Origin: Deltaproteobacteria bacterium
GTDB lineage: Bacteria > Myxococcota > Kuafuiibacteriia > Kuafuiibacteriales > Kuafuiibacteriaceae
Direction: 5' to 3'
Assembly (NCBI GenBank): GCA_040218735.1
Contig: JAVJQW010000064.1
Coordinates: 28,804-92,803 of the forward strand
Length of the DNA: 64,000 bases
The notes beneath the pieces are model-generated. The model ran no database searches. It was not told where the DNA came from and saw only the letters and a program-made list of their open reading frames with translations. The position numbers and the translations under genes are program-made. Below, piece after piece: positions 57,701 to 64,000 of the stretch (position 1 is the stretch's first letter; each line of letters opens with the position of its first letter).

Positions 57701-58277
57701 CGGCTCGACGGCGGCGCCGCGGCTGTATCCGGGTGCGCCGCCCGTGCTGTTCGCCGGTGAGGGGCACGAGACGTTCAAGGTCGCCAAGCCGCGGCAGATC
57801 GCGTGGACGCTCGCGCGGCAGATGGCGGCGGCGCGGCCGGAGCTGGCGCCGGTGCGTGCGCTGGCGCCGGAGGAGGTCGGTGCGGCGATCGAGGCGGCGA
57901 TCCTGTTGTGGTCGCCGGAGGGATCGGGTGTGAACCTGAACCTCGACCCGCGGCTGGTGCAGCAGTGGTCGAAGGCGCTCCAGCGGACGATGCAGGACCC
58001 GGCGATCAAGGCGTTGAAGGACCCGGTGGTCCAGTGTCTGCAGACGCGGCAGATGCGCCACCTCGCCAAGTTCCTGGAGGGGGCGGAGCACTCGGCGTCC
58101 CGGGCGGCGCTCCTGCTGTCCCATGACGTGGTAGCGGCGGAGCGTGGGCTCGGGGAGTCGGATCAGCTGGTGGACGTTTCGTTTAGATCCAGGGTGCGCA
58201 CCCTGATGCTGTTCACGCTCAGCGAGGACCACTTTTCGCTACGGGAGAAGCTGGGGTTGGCGATTCCCTCGGAGTAG
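45759..58277 (+). CDS. agmK: Giant tetratricopeptide-repeat gliding protein AgmK/GltI-like (~4170 aa)
   Basis: Continuous TPR-like repeats (A...Y..AL..DP....A...LERL); lies between cglE-like and agmX-like genes; ATG 45759. Confidence 0.85.
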   Translation: MPEIEVQDGAQEAPKTAADDASKPNGHVPKSRVLDTEGLLDNDRLAAVEQELVDAERWADLAAVYGVAAERAPDASVGRQMLLSAGLLWLEKLNQPRRAEPYLARVLASDPDNVDALEAMRDICVEAGRFEEAADLLDRAALLVRDEDRSELLVEIAGIAYAKLSEVDRALAALRYAYELDPARVDVLDEARTVFIAEERWLDAKRVLDDQAQVVLAAIEKPTSDQTADVAGANADEAKPSDTLDMQGTLPSSMQNEATASIAEAYRHLGIALLDHAVWHELSQQCLDRARALGDAEALSKLDELAHIKNEWKSHAARYRDEGMEARDKRRAAALYLKAAELYAHYGEDPIRADEYLDRCLLLVPGYPPALRFIEARQAGAGPSEAIVKRLEGMVASVKDPTIKVEILQRLARLLETTLAQLPEGEDGTATVDSIVAAYRRALALAPGHRSVAARVTQILMAEERFGDAAQVLESHLSALTDEYAKNQAHLELGRLYAEMLGDSTRARAHFEAVLVHNPAHHGAARALYALYKDAGDAHHLLSVLKVLVEYSPDLFSRLDMLHEMASVAAEVSREEAFLVNRQIFEIDPDADGVRDRLETLAEALSRHHALADAYRAAAEKKGGERALSLWLAAARIYDEKLPRPKDAIDAYKSALNLDSSNDEARAALERLLRQQDDPEALVAVLQSQLDGSDDADNKKLLLAKIGDVLDRELNDVDGAIDRFVQVLELDPDDATALANLDDLYRRAERFEEQEQILVRRESKMETASDLVDIQVRRARVLQEKLDKAVDAAELYLDILARSPDHGEVIAALGRLLVADVVPVRIARALEPIFGQRGQYQPQLDMILILTDAEQDPSARAELARRGAQIAQTRLGDANAAFDLVATALRASPGSEDLAEWLLRLATELETHDRAAEVLSSILEGDLEPAVEGNIASALAELYERTLADPSQAITYYRRALDADGGNAAAIAALERLLGAEQRYEELAALLTERMAAAEDKSAKVQLGLAVASIRAEHLNDTDGSIEAYREVLSLEPKEATALARLAETYERAERWRELVGVLDRMRDASDDARVVAATEVKAGEVLRLRLNEKKQSLERYQAALAADDTHDGAMRGLEALLEDVELRAQAGASLEPAYTKKERWRDLVIALESQLGAVVESDRRRDLFLRIADVESDKLDQPDGAFDTLARAFREGLVPNEERARLATLALRANRAGDLAVLYEDALETNKDDAELLRDLARLYDGAAGEPNKARTAWERLRSAVPGDEEALGALERLTAAGDDPGALAEVLIARADASADAAERVAFLKRASAIYEEAAEELDLATRTMERARDVAPTERSTWQELQRLYELQSNEQGLINALAQEAKLIEEPLARAGVLERLARALVAAGERDRAIQEFTAALQAHPEHTPSRNGLEDLLQTDVAAKAAVALEPVYRAAGDWSHLVEAYEILAGATEDSAERVERLVAIRSIYEERLGKLDRAFSAAARAFSEAPLDEELLESLERLGRLSGQVEELIGIVEDQAESLPVAADERSALRLRVARYAEALLRDRDQAIAAYQKVIDERPDAVLALEALERIYAKGGDARERVDVLRRMADLTDDAEERVARLRLAAQILDEKLGDRDKAAHLYEQVVMHAPGDAEALGRLDAIYAELRDHPMLSRILEMKVAASSGEAWAQSNLRLGNLRREKLDDPRGAMNAFVQVLDAGPEVGAPYEAALFALDDLVDAQKENHPDLAGLGAEAMEPHWLKKGMPLKVIGAKEAQITAADDPETRRNLLLQIADLYVQEAEQPEMAFLALTRAFSEQPNDAELADRLESLARQAETEEELADVYAAALPSIEDPELSLRLARRTADLYDRVLGRGEASTPFYERILEQSPDDAAALAALERIHRRAGDAKKLVATYRGMLRLAEQDAEKVRLWGQIAQLLEGDIEDSDGAFEAYREMMSLIPHDVAVLKKMASLCERSGRDQDLAMVLAKESALAESPAERSKVLLRLATLQREKLDDRVAAVDAYAEVLELSKSDPGAIAGLSSIMKSQGDGRAEAARALAPVYEMTGAFDELITCLEVQVGAARSAEEKKALFSRIGEIYDERVGRPEHAFTYYSRALVEDLFDEALFEKVELLAKENGLFEDLAGLYLDEVDAVTDHALQVRLHRRVAEIYDADLKDVPRAIAEYNKVLDVAPGDGGALRALERLYRDAGSFGSLADVYRRRIAQTEDPEGRGKLMREFARLQSEELDDLPGAIATLRRLLELFPDDVDALARLAKLCEAQGRASELADVLERLIGAAEDGSAVQTDARFSLGKLKATRLGDLGGADLLFEEVLEANPTHEAARDYLEERFEDAVAEEDEAVATATGEMLAKAMRTAEQWEQLVSVLRVRVSLAEDASERVPLNREIADVQWQKLEEPRAAFDTLATVFVDAPGLGEVRAGLESLAEQLVRPDRLVEVYASGLSNLHDTDERVEVERRIAQILDHEIADKERAAEAWQDVLRAKPEDEEALVALDRLDEMLGRWAALTDVLEKRVTLAEDDEEKHRLCVRLGATWDERLGERAEAIEWYRKARAIKTRDKETLLALSLLLDPDDRPQELFAVLEALAEQTEESRQKVRLTSRMAELASGPLDQGKEAIQLYQKVLEADPGNNAATKALEELYEREGQWFELARHLEMQLENARDEKDVMRLQRRLGLVRGTRLGSVDEAVRSWTEILKRNPNDVEALEALRQTYRTAERWDDLVATLRKLIPLQMDAAGVKAIRFELAEVFLEHTGEKDEAIESAKRVLDVEPHTVAELMRLEEIFTQTGAYGEAVKVMNYRAEQADTGGAKVDILFEIAAIYEDKIKRKAGAAAAYEQILELEPSSLKAHEALAAIYEDNGDYRKLVELYNRRLNVTEEVEERKKLLFAVIDVQERWLGQPDLAFMAACRAFGEEGADETAQEIAERLAEETDSWEILADVYAEQVEQVGVARAIELRRRLGEIYIQKLEEEDEAEKQFEMVLSMRPEDEVARAHLVELLEKSDRWGDLIAQLREKVELATDVGDKKRLYREIAQIEETRVGDIEAAISSTKRVLDLDPEDGLALAELVRIFRSTEKWHPLLNVLGRQLELAEEVDDHKRLRFEIAQVWEQGIEDLDRAIEQYSDVLQVDAAYAPALKALERLYTQEERWIELVDVYERQVELTEDPTEAVRLLTRVASIWEDQFRDLEGASKTLIRVLEIEPEHLMTVKSLERVWRQAEDWEHLVEALERHIELTDDKMEVVGLYLEIGEVMNRELSRADQAEEAFTAALDVDPSSREAIHALGELHERHGNWFNALEMLHREASLLGSLPEAVELYHRMGTLNEDMLMDRAAAKDSYGRALEIDPSFTPAIRALRKIHEAEGNFVETINLEAQEAEHTEDLDDRAELYQLAADTSLEQFDDEERATQLYERSLEANPSHLPSVRTLSDIYFATEEWEKAEKLLERLADRLDRAADTDELCRTYYRLAYIAEKLGDDHGALKRYLASYELDSSYLPTLEGLAAALLRAERWEDAQRVFQTILIQHKASLTDAEVVDLHFSLGELAMKLDQIERARKSFDKALALDAEHGATLRAAAQLAERLEDWEEAYDLRDRLIVLLDGDEKFEELVRQAKLCQEKIGEPYRAIDAYAEARRLRPDDVEVLRALVTLFEETSQVHLLVEVLSDLGRLLATPEERRDVFVQLADVYMKKGEPDRKGAVKALNAALDEDPRYLKAFSRIEEILGRAKQWQGLEENYHRMIKRMPKEDKKARGVLWRSLGDLYTRVIKDPERAKVAYEVVLKLEPEATDIALHLATIYTAKRETASKALALYHRLLPDVDDPALPARRLFELYSALGQRDRAFCALGALHLMRAASEDEQKAYQLLLKRSPSWPSRALTDNLWRTQVLHPLCRNPLAQILSVLYRGAPELFAEGQRELALKKKERIDLSPNTRNKRVRLRYFDIFSRLASAMHVPPMEHFHRPGSTAAPRLYPGAPPVLFAGEGHETFKVAKPRQIAWTLARQMAAARPELAPVRALAPEEVGAAIEAAILLWSPEGSGVNLNLDPRLVQQWSKALQRTMQDPAIKALKDPVVQCLQTRQMRHLAKFLEGAEHSASRAALLLSHDVVAAERGLGESDQLVDVSFRSRVRTLMLFTLSEDHFSLREKLGLAIPSE

Positions 58278-58299
58278 GGCGAGCCGTCAGGCGTCCAAC

Positions 58300-58328
58300 T
58301 TGACGGGCTTTCCGCGGCTTCCTAGGCT
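58300..58328 (+). promoter_or_regulatory. Sigma70-like promoter of agmX/gltJ
   Basis: TTGACG-N17-TAGGCT. Confidence 0.6.
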
Positions 58329-58371
58329 CTTCACGGATCTAGGCCGCGCTTCGTGCGTTGCGAGTTAATGG

Positions 58372-61300
58372 ATGAAATTCAGCTGCGACAACTGCGGAGC
58401 GCAATACTTGATCGCCGACACGAAGCTCGGCGACCGCGGCGTGAAGGTCCGGTGCAAGAAGTGTTCGTACGTGATCATTCTTCGCCCGGAGGGGTTCGTC
58501 GCGGAGCCGAAGAACGGCGCGACGAAGGCCAACGGCCACGACGCCCACGCCGAGGCGCCTGAAACGGCGGACGCCGAGACGCGTCACTCGATCCCGAACG
58601 ACGCGACGCTCCCCGGGGAGATCGTCGCGGCGACGTCCTCCGAGCTGGGGCTGTCGCAGGAGTTCATGGCGCTGGGCTTCGACGACGACAACGCCCCGGT
58701 GGCGCCGTCGCGGAACATGTCGCTCTCGGTCGGGCTGGACGTCGCACAGATCGACGGGGGCCTCGCGGAGTCGCACTCCTCGCCGTTCTCCTCCGAGCGG
58801 ACGGGCGGTTCGCTCGACTACGTGACGGATCGGCCGTCGGCGCAGCCGAGCGTCGTGCCGGCGAAGCCGTACGGGGACGACTCGACGGAGATCCTGCCCG
58901 GTGGCGGTGGCCTCGGGCACGCGCAGACGCGGGAGATCACCGCCGAAGAGGAGGAGGTCGCGACGCGCGTCGAAGCGCGCGAGGACCTCGAAGACGAACC
59001 TACGCTCGCGCGCGACGCGCCCGACGCCTTCGGCGGCGTGGATGGCGTCGCCGGCTTCGGTGACGAGGCCACGGTCGGCGAGCACGACGCCGCAGCGGAC
59101 GCGTTCCTGCCTCCGCCCGAGTCGCCCGCGGACGAACCGCCGGTGCCGGTGGCGTACGGGGTGTCCGAGGAGGACGCGCGGGCCGACTCGTTCGACGCCG
59201 CGTTGGGGAGCGCGCTCGAGCGCGAAGAACATCCGACCGACGAGGGTGATCTCGACAGCGAGGGCATCGGCGAGACGATGCAAGGCGACGCGCCGAAGTG
59301 GGCGATCGACGCCGTGAACGACGCCCTGGGCTCGGACGACGACATCAACGACGACGCCGCGCTCGCCGCGCTGGGCGTACCGCCCGATCCCGCCGAGGGC
59401 CTCGGCGCGGAGGGCGGCGGTCTCGACGACGACTTCAACGCCGACTTCGACGCGGGGCTGTCCGCGGACGAAGCGAACCAGTTCAGCACGGCGTTCGGTG
59501 ACGACGCCACGGCCGGGCTCGACGACGACGATGACGACGCCGCGGCACTCGCTGCGCTGGGGGCTTCGTCCGACGTCGTCGACGAGGACAGCGCCGACAT
59601 CAGCGGCGCGCTCTCCTCGATGCAGGTGAACGAGCTCGCGGACATGAAGTCCTCGATCGAGGGTGAGCTCGCGGGGCTCGGCTCCGAGCTTTCGGCGTTC
59701 GGCGCTGACGCGTCCGACGAAGACCCCAAGACGGCCGTCGGGCCCGCGCCCGAGATGGACGAGGCGCCGGCGCCCGAAGTGTTGGCCGCCCCCGAAGCGC
59801 AAGAAGAGGACGGTCCGCTGGTCGACGAAGGCTCCGTCGAGGACGAGCTGGGCAGCGCCTTCGCGGCGATGTTCGACGGCGATGGGCCCATGGCGGGCGG
59901 CGACGACGGAATGCCGGACCTCGCCTCCGAGCTCGCGCCGAGCGCCGGGGTGCCCGCCGAGACGCGGGTGTTCGACACGGACGCGATGGCGCAGGTCCAG
60001 GCCGAGCAGGAGATCGCGGGGCGGTCCCAGACTCGGGAGTGGTACGTCGCGATCAACGACGAGCAGGTGGGTCCGCTGAACCTCGACGAGCTCGAGGCAA
60101 AGTGGAAGACCGGCGAGATCGACGCGAACACGCTGTCGTGGCGCCAGGGCATGGCGGACTGGACGGCGATTCGGTTCACCGAAGGGCTCGAGCCGATCAG
60201 CGCGCTCGGTGCGGAGAAGGTGCCGGCCGTCGACGAGGCGGACGTACCGGAGCCCTCCGAGATGTCGCAGGACGGCACGCCGCCGCAGCTCGCGATGGAG
60301 CCGGAGGCGCCCGAAGAGGCCCCTGCCGCTTCGGCGTCGGCTCCGGAGCCGGAGCCCGAGGCGGAAGACGACGACTCGGGCTGGAAGCCCTCCGCGGCGA
60401 GCGCGTTGGCGTCGTTGGCCGCCGAGGAGCTGGCCGCCGCGCCGGAGCCTGCACCGGTCAGCGACGTCGCCGTGGGGCCGGCGATCCCGGCCGCGAGCAC
60501 GGCGCTCGAGAAGCTCCTCGAAGGGGAGAACGACGGCCCGGGCGCTTCGATGTTCGGGGCCGCCGAGAAGAGCGAGTCGGCGGTGCGGCCGCTGCCGCGT
60601 CGGCCGGACACGGTCAGCTCGGTGCCGCTCCGCGATCCGACGATCGAGCGCAGCAAGAAGAACTACACGATCCCCGCCGCGATCCTCGGTGGGTTCCTGC
60701 TCCTCGGCGTCGTCCTCGCGGGGACGATCTGGATGACGAGCGGGAGCAAGCCGAGCGAGCCCGTCGCCGCGGCACCGCCGCCCACCGACGTGGCGCCGCC
60801 GCCCACCGACGTGGCACCGCCGCCTGCGCCGCCGCCCGTGGTCCCGGCCGCAGGGGTCGCCGGAGCGACGGGGCCATCGGGTGCCACGGGGCCCACCGGC
60901 CCGACCGGCCCGTCGGGTGGGGCGACGGAGGTCGCGGCCGTGACGCCGCCGCCGGCGCCGCCGCCCGAGGTCGAGGAGAAGAAGGTCGACGAGGAGCCGC
61001 CGCCGCCGAAGAAGCGCCGTCGCCGTCGTCGTCGCAAGGTGGACGATGCGCCGCCGCCGCCGCCGCCGCCGCGTGAGCCGCCGCCGCCCCCGCCGGCACG
61101 TCGGCGGACGAGTTCGGACGACACCGCGGATCTGCTCGGCGCTGCGCCGGCGTCGCGCCGTCGTCTGCCGCCGCCGCCGCCCGAGTCGGACGTGCCGAAG
61201 CAGCTCGACGACTCCGACGTCCTCGGTGTCCTCCGCAAGAACGCGGGCGCGGTGCGGACCTGCCTCAAGAAGCAGGCGGCCGCGGACCCGGCGCTCGACG

Positions 61301-61488
61301 GCACGATGACGGTCAAGATGGTCATCACACGTTCGGGTCGGACGCGTCGGGTTTCGGTGTCGCCGGACAAGTTCAAGAGCGCCGTGATCGGCAAGTGTGT
61401 GTCGTCGTCGGTGAAGGGCTGGCGCTTCCCGAAGTTCTCGGGCCCCAACATGCCGATCGACTTCCCGGTGACGGTCCGCGGGCGCTGA
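58372..61488 (+). CDS. agmX: Gliding motility protein AgmX/GltJ
   Basis: Zinc ribbon CDNC...VRCKKC; acidic linker; GYF_2 domain WYVAINDEQVGP...WRQGMADW; one TM helix; Pro-rich stalk; TonB-C-like end (C...C...WRFPKF). Confidence 0.88.
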   Translation: MKFSCDNCGAQYLIADTKLGDRGVKVRCKKCSYVIILRPEGFVAEPKNGATKANGHDAHAEAPETADAETRHSIPNDATLPGEIVAATSSELGLSQEFMALGFDDDNAPVAPSRNMSLSVGLDVAQIDGGLAESHSSPFSSERTGGSLDYVTDRPSAQPSVVPAKPYGDDSTEILPGGGGLGHAQTREITAEEEEVATRVEAREDLEDEPTLARDAPDAFGGVDGVAGFGDEATVGEHDAAADAFLPPPESPADEPPVPVAYGVSEEDARADSFDAALGSALEREEHPTDEGDLDSEGIGETMQGDAPKWAIDAVNDALGSDDDINDDAALAALGVPPDPAEGLGAEGGGLDDDFNADFDAGLSADEANQFSTAFGDDATAGLDDDDDDAAALAALGASSDVVDEDSADISGALSSMQVNELADMKSSIEGELAGLGSELSAFGADASDEDPKTAVGPAPEMDEAPAPEVLAAPEAQEEDGPLVDEGSVEDELGSAFAAMFDGDGPMAGGDDGMPDLASELAPSAGVPAETRVFDTDAMAQVQAEQEIAGRSQTREWYVAINDEQVGPLNLDELEAKWKTGEIDANTLSWRQGMADWTAIRFTEGLEPISALGAEKVPAVDEADVPEPSEMSQDGTPPQLAMEPEAPEEAPAASASAPEPEPEAEDDDSGWKPSAASALASLAAEELAAAPEPAPVSDVAVGPAIPAASTALEKLLEGENDGPGASMFGAAEKSESAVRPLPRRPDTVSSVPLRDPTIERSKKNYTIPAAILGGFLLLGVVLAGTIWMTSGSKPSEPVAAAPPPTDVAPPPTDVAPPPAPPPVVPAAGVAGATGPSGATGPTGPTGPSGGATEVAAVTPPPAPPPEVEEKKVDEEPPPPKKRRRRRRRKVDDAPPPPPPPREPPPPPPARRRTSSDDTADLLGAAPASRRRLPPPPPESDVPKQLDDSDVLGVLRKNAGAVRTCLKKQAAADPALDGTMTVKMVITRSGRTRRVSVSPDKFKSAVIGKCVSSSVKGWRFPKFSGPNMPIDFPVTVRGR

Positions 61489-61490
61489 GC

Positions 61491-62624
61491 GTGCGGAGCG
61501 TCGTCCCGGTCCACCCCTCCGCGGAGTTCGCGCCGCTCGGGCGCTTCGGATCGCAGGACCTCGACGTCCTGCGCCTCATGCTCCGCGGGAGCTCGGTCGT
61601 CGACTGGTACCGCCTCCACTTCACGACGCGCGAGGGCATCGACGCCTTCGTGCGGGTCAACGAGCTGGACCCCGCGAACCCTTCGGACCGGTTCCGGCTG
61701 GAGACGCTGAAGAAGCGCGCGCTCGACTACCTGCGTGAGCACCTCGCGTACCGCCGCATCCCGGACGTGGTCCTCAACGCGGAGGTCCCGGAGCTGTTCG
61801 AGTACGCGTCCGGGAAGGGGCGGCGCGCGTATCGCATGTACGCGTGTCTGACGCTGAAGGTCATGCACATCATCCACTACGTCGAGGCGCACGAGCTGCT
61901 CTCGATGTTGCCGATCTCCAACGCGGAGATCGCGATCCTGTTGCACGGGAAGGTGGAGCGGGTGGTGCGTGGGTTGCTGGAGCGCAACTTCCCGATCCTC
62001 GAGTTCTCCGGGAACACCAAGACGCGCAACTCGATGATCTCGAAGCTGCTCGCGAAGAAGGACACGCAGGCGGCGCAGGTGTTCGACAAGTTGCGCTTCC
62101 GGTTCGTGGTGGAGCGGCACGAGGAGATCCCGTCGCTGTTGTTGGCGCTGACGCGGGAGCTGCTGCCGTTCAACTACTTGGTGCCCGCGCAGGCGGACAA
62201 CACCCTCGTCGATCTCGAGCGGATGTTGATGCGCGCCGGCAACCTCACGGCGATTCGCGAGTCGCAGGCGGAGCGCGTCGCGATGAACGAGCGCGCCGAC
62301 GCAAAGTTCCCGATGGACCCGACCAACGAGTTCTCCGGCCCCGACTACCGCGTGGTGCACTTCGTGGCCGAAGTGCCGATTCGGATCGACCGCGTGATGG
62401 AGGTGCAGGGCCGGCGGATGCGCGGCTTGGGGCCCGTGGTCTTCGGCACTGTCGAGTTCCAGGTGATGGACGCGGAGACCGCGAAGACCAACGAAACCGG
62501 CCCGAACAGCCACGCCAACTACAAGCGGCGGCAGCGCTCGCGGGTGAAGGAGCGGCTCGAGCGCGGCAAGCGCGAGAAGGTCGTCGCGCCGGCATCATCC
62601 ACGCCGCCCAAGGGTTCTGCTTGA
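61491..62624 (+). CDS. TIGR04552-like protein with RelA/SpoT synthetase-like motifs
   Basis: LRGSSVVDW N-terminus; KTRNSMISKLL, FDKLRFR, YRVVH, VEFQ...E.G...H..YK. GTG 61491, 2 nt after the agmX stop. Confidence 0.8.
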   Translation: MRSVVPVHPSAEFAPLGRFGSQDLDVLRLMLRGSSVVDWYRLHFTTREGIDAFVRVNELDPANPSDRFRLETLKKRALDYLREHLAYRRIPDVVLNAEVPELFEYASGKGRRAYRMYACLTLKVMHIIHYVEAHELLSMLPISNAEIAILLHGKVERVVRGLLERNFPILEFSGNTKTRNSMISKLLAKKDTQAAQVFDKLRFRFVVERHEEIPSLLLALTRELLPFNYLVPAQADNTLVDLERMLMRAGNLTAIRESQAERVAMNERADAKFPMDPTNEFSGPDYRVVHFVAEVPIRIDRVMEVQGRRMRGLGPVVFGTVEFQVMDAETAKTNETGPNSHANYKRRQRSRVKERLERGKREKVVAPASSTPPKGSA

Positions 62625-62652
62625 CAGGGCGCCGCGTGCGCCGCGGAAGTCG

Positions 62653-63432
62653 ATGACGATGCGAGGTGGAATGCAGACGCAGCTGGCGTGGGGGAAGCCG
62701 GGCAAGACGATCATCGCGCTGATGGCCTCCGTGGTCGTCGCGTACGTCCTGCAGCTCATCCTCCTGCGCGCCGGCCAGGCGTGGGTCCGCGACCTGTACC
62801 TGTCACCGCGCGGGGTCTTCGAGTCGTACTACCTGTGGCAGCCGGTCACGTACCTGTGGATGCACGCGCCCGACTCGCCGTTCCACATGATCTTCAACAT
62901 GCTCTGGCTGTGGATCTTCGGGACGCAGCTCGAGCAGTGGTGGGGGCGCAAGCGCTTCCTCATCGCCTACCTCGTCTTCGGGCTGTCGGGCGCCGCGCTG
63001 ATCCTCATCCTCGGGCTGTTGTCGCTGACCCCGGTGCTCCGCCCGCTGCTCGGGAGCTTCTGGGTCGTCCCGCACCTCGGCGCCTCGGGCGCGACCATCG
63101 GCATCACCGTCGCGTGGGGCCTCACCTACGCGAACCAGGAGATGAACTTCTTCCTGCTCGGGCGCATGAAGGGGAAGACGTTCGTCCTGATCGTCGTCGC
63201 CATCGAGCTGCTCATGGCGCTGTCCTTCTCGGCGGTGTCGAGCGCGGCGCACTTCGGGGGGATCATCGGGGCGTTTGTGCTGTGCCGGGGGCTTTGGAAG
63301 CCGAGTAAGTGGAAGCAGATGGTGAAGAAGCAGAAGCTTCAGCGGCAGCGGAAGAAGATCGAGACTGAGCTTCGGATCATCGAGGGGGGTGGTGGGGATG
63401 AGCCGCCTGATGATCCGATGAAGTGGAATTAG
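62653..63432 (+). CDS. Rhomboid family intramembrane serine protease
   Basis: LWQPVTY, HMIFNM, catalytic GASG and AHFGG. Confidence 0.92.
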   Translation: MTMRGGMQTQLAWGKPGKTIIALMASVVVAYVLQLILLRAGQAWVRDLYLSPRGVFESYYLWQPVTYLWMHAPDSPFHMIFNMLWLWIFGTQLEQWWGRKRFLIAYLVFGLSGAALILILGLLSLTPVLRPLLGSFWVVPHLGASGATIGITVAWGLTYANQEMNFFLLGRMKGKTFVLIVVAIELLMALSFSAVSSAAHFGGIIGAFVLCRGLWKPSKWKQMVKKQKLQRQRKKIETELRIIEGGGGDEPPDDPMKWN

Positions 63433-63860
63433 GGATTTGAAAGGGGGAGGGGAGTGCCAGGTGCGGTTCGCTTTGGGCGCCGGCCGGGGGCCTCTCTTCC
63501 GGTCAGAAGCCGTTCGACTCGCGCGGTGGAGCCGCTCGGCTACGATGAAGGCCTCCGACCGCGAGCCGAACTGATTCCCTCCAGAGAGGCCCCCGCCCGA
63601 CACCCACGCTTCACATGACCCGTTGCCTCTCGTGAGCGGTCCTCCCCCATGGGGTTTGGACCCGGGGAGGCACGATCGGTGCGCCCCGCTTGGGCGGCGC
63701 GTTGCCCAGGCGCCCGCTACGCTCCGGCGGCGGTCACGACGCCCTCGGTTCGGCCGTGGTGGGCCGTCGCCGTCCCGGGGACCGGTGCGTGGCCGGAGAG
63801 ACACTCGCTGAAGCGCTCGGCGGGGCGGGCCGGCTGTCGGATCGTCGCGCCCGCCGCCTC

Positions 63861-64000
63861 TGATTCGGCCGCTCAGGAACTGACCCACTCGGACGGTCTA
63901 AAACTGACCCACCCAGTTGGTCTGGACGTTCTTTAGCTCATGACCGCCGCCCGGCGCCAGTGGGGTCATCGGCGCCGGCCTTGCTGGCCCGTTTCCGCAT
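63861..64000 (-). mobile_element. End of an IS21-family insertion sequence (partial), probably including the istB C-terminus
   Basis: Starts TG; direct repeats AACTGACCCAC at 63878 and 63902 (24-bp period), as in IS21 ends. A minus-strand frame MRKRASKAG...RRS enters from the edge and stops at 63938-63940. Confidence 0.7.

Noticed and set aside
46215-58232. Long antisense and alternate-frame ORFs (e.g. 46215-49091, 52926-56519; also 28073-30817, 16359-19061)
   Set aside because: Shadow ORFs expected from extreme GC3 bias; they lack motifs and overlap well-supported genes.
45759-58277. 12.5-kb ORF as NRPS/PKS or giant toxin
   Set aside because: No such catalytic motifs; TPR-like repeats throughout, and the context matches agmK/gltI.
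63433-63936. tRNA or short protein genes after the rhomboid gene
   Set aside because: GTTCGA-like words occur but no cloverleaf could be built; the short ORFs lack the coding bias of real genes here.

Overview
High-GC window whose gene content points to Myxococcota (a myxobacterium); the taxonomy is inferred, not searched. It has about 41 protein-coding genes. Housekeeping genes include purC, scpA, scpB, rluB, aspS, rarA, clpB, bamA and an lhr-nei pair. The distal part of the Agl-Glt gliding locus is present (cglE/gltH, a ~4170-aa TPR agmK/gltI, agmX/gltJ), along with several lipoprotein genes and one end of an IS21-family element at the right edge. No rRNA, tRNA or CRISPR array was seen. Most notable: (1) an orphan arsenite-oxidase/iodate-reductase-like Rieske + molybdopterin pair with a Tat motif on both subunits and a divergent active site; (2) the gene 2 nt after gltJ carries RelA/SpoT synthetase-like motifs in exact register; (3) a ~520-bp hexamer-based DNA palindrome read in frame as the N-terminus of ScpA; (4) scpA separated from scpB-rluB by 8.7 kb, all three with large disordered regions; (5) many genes with a -10 box 6-9 nt before the start codon (probable leaderless mRNAs), and two genes that appear to start at ATC. 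All family calls come from motif recognition by eye; no database search was run.
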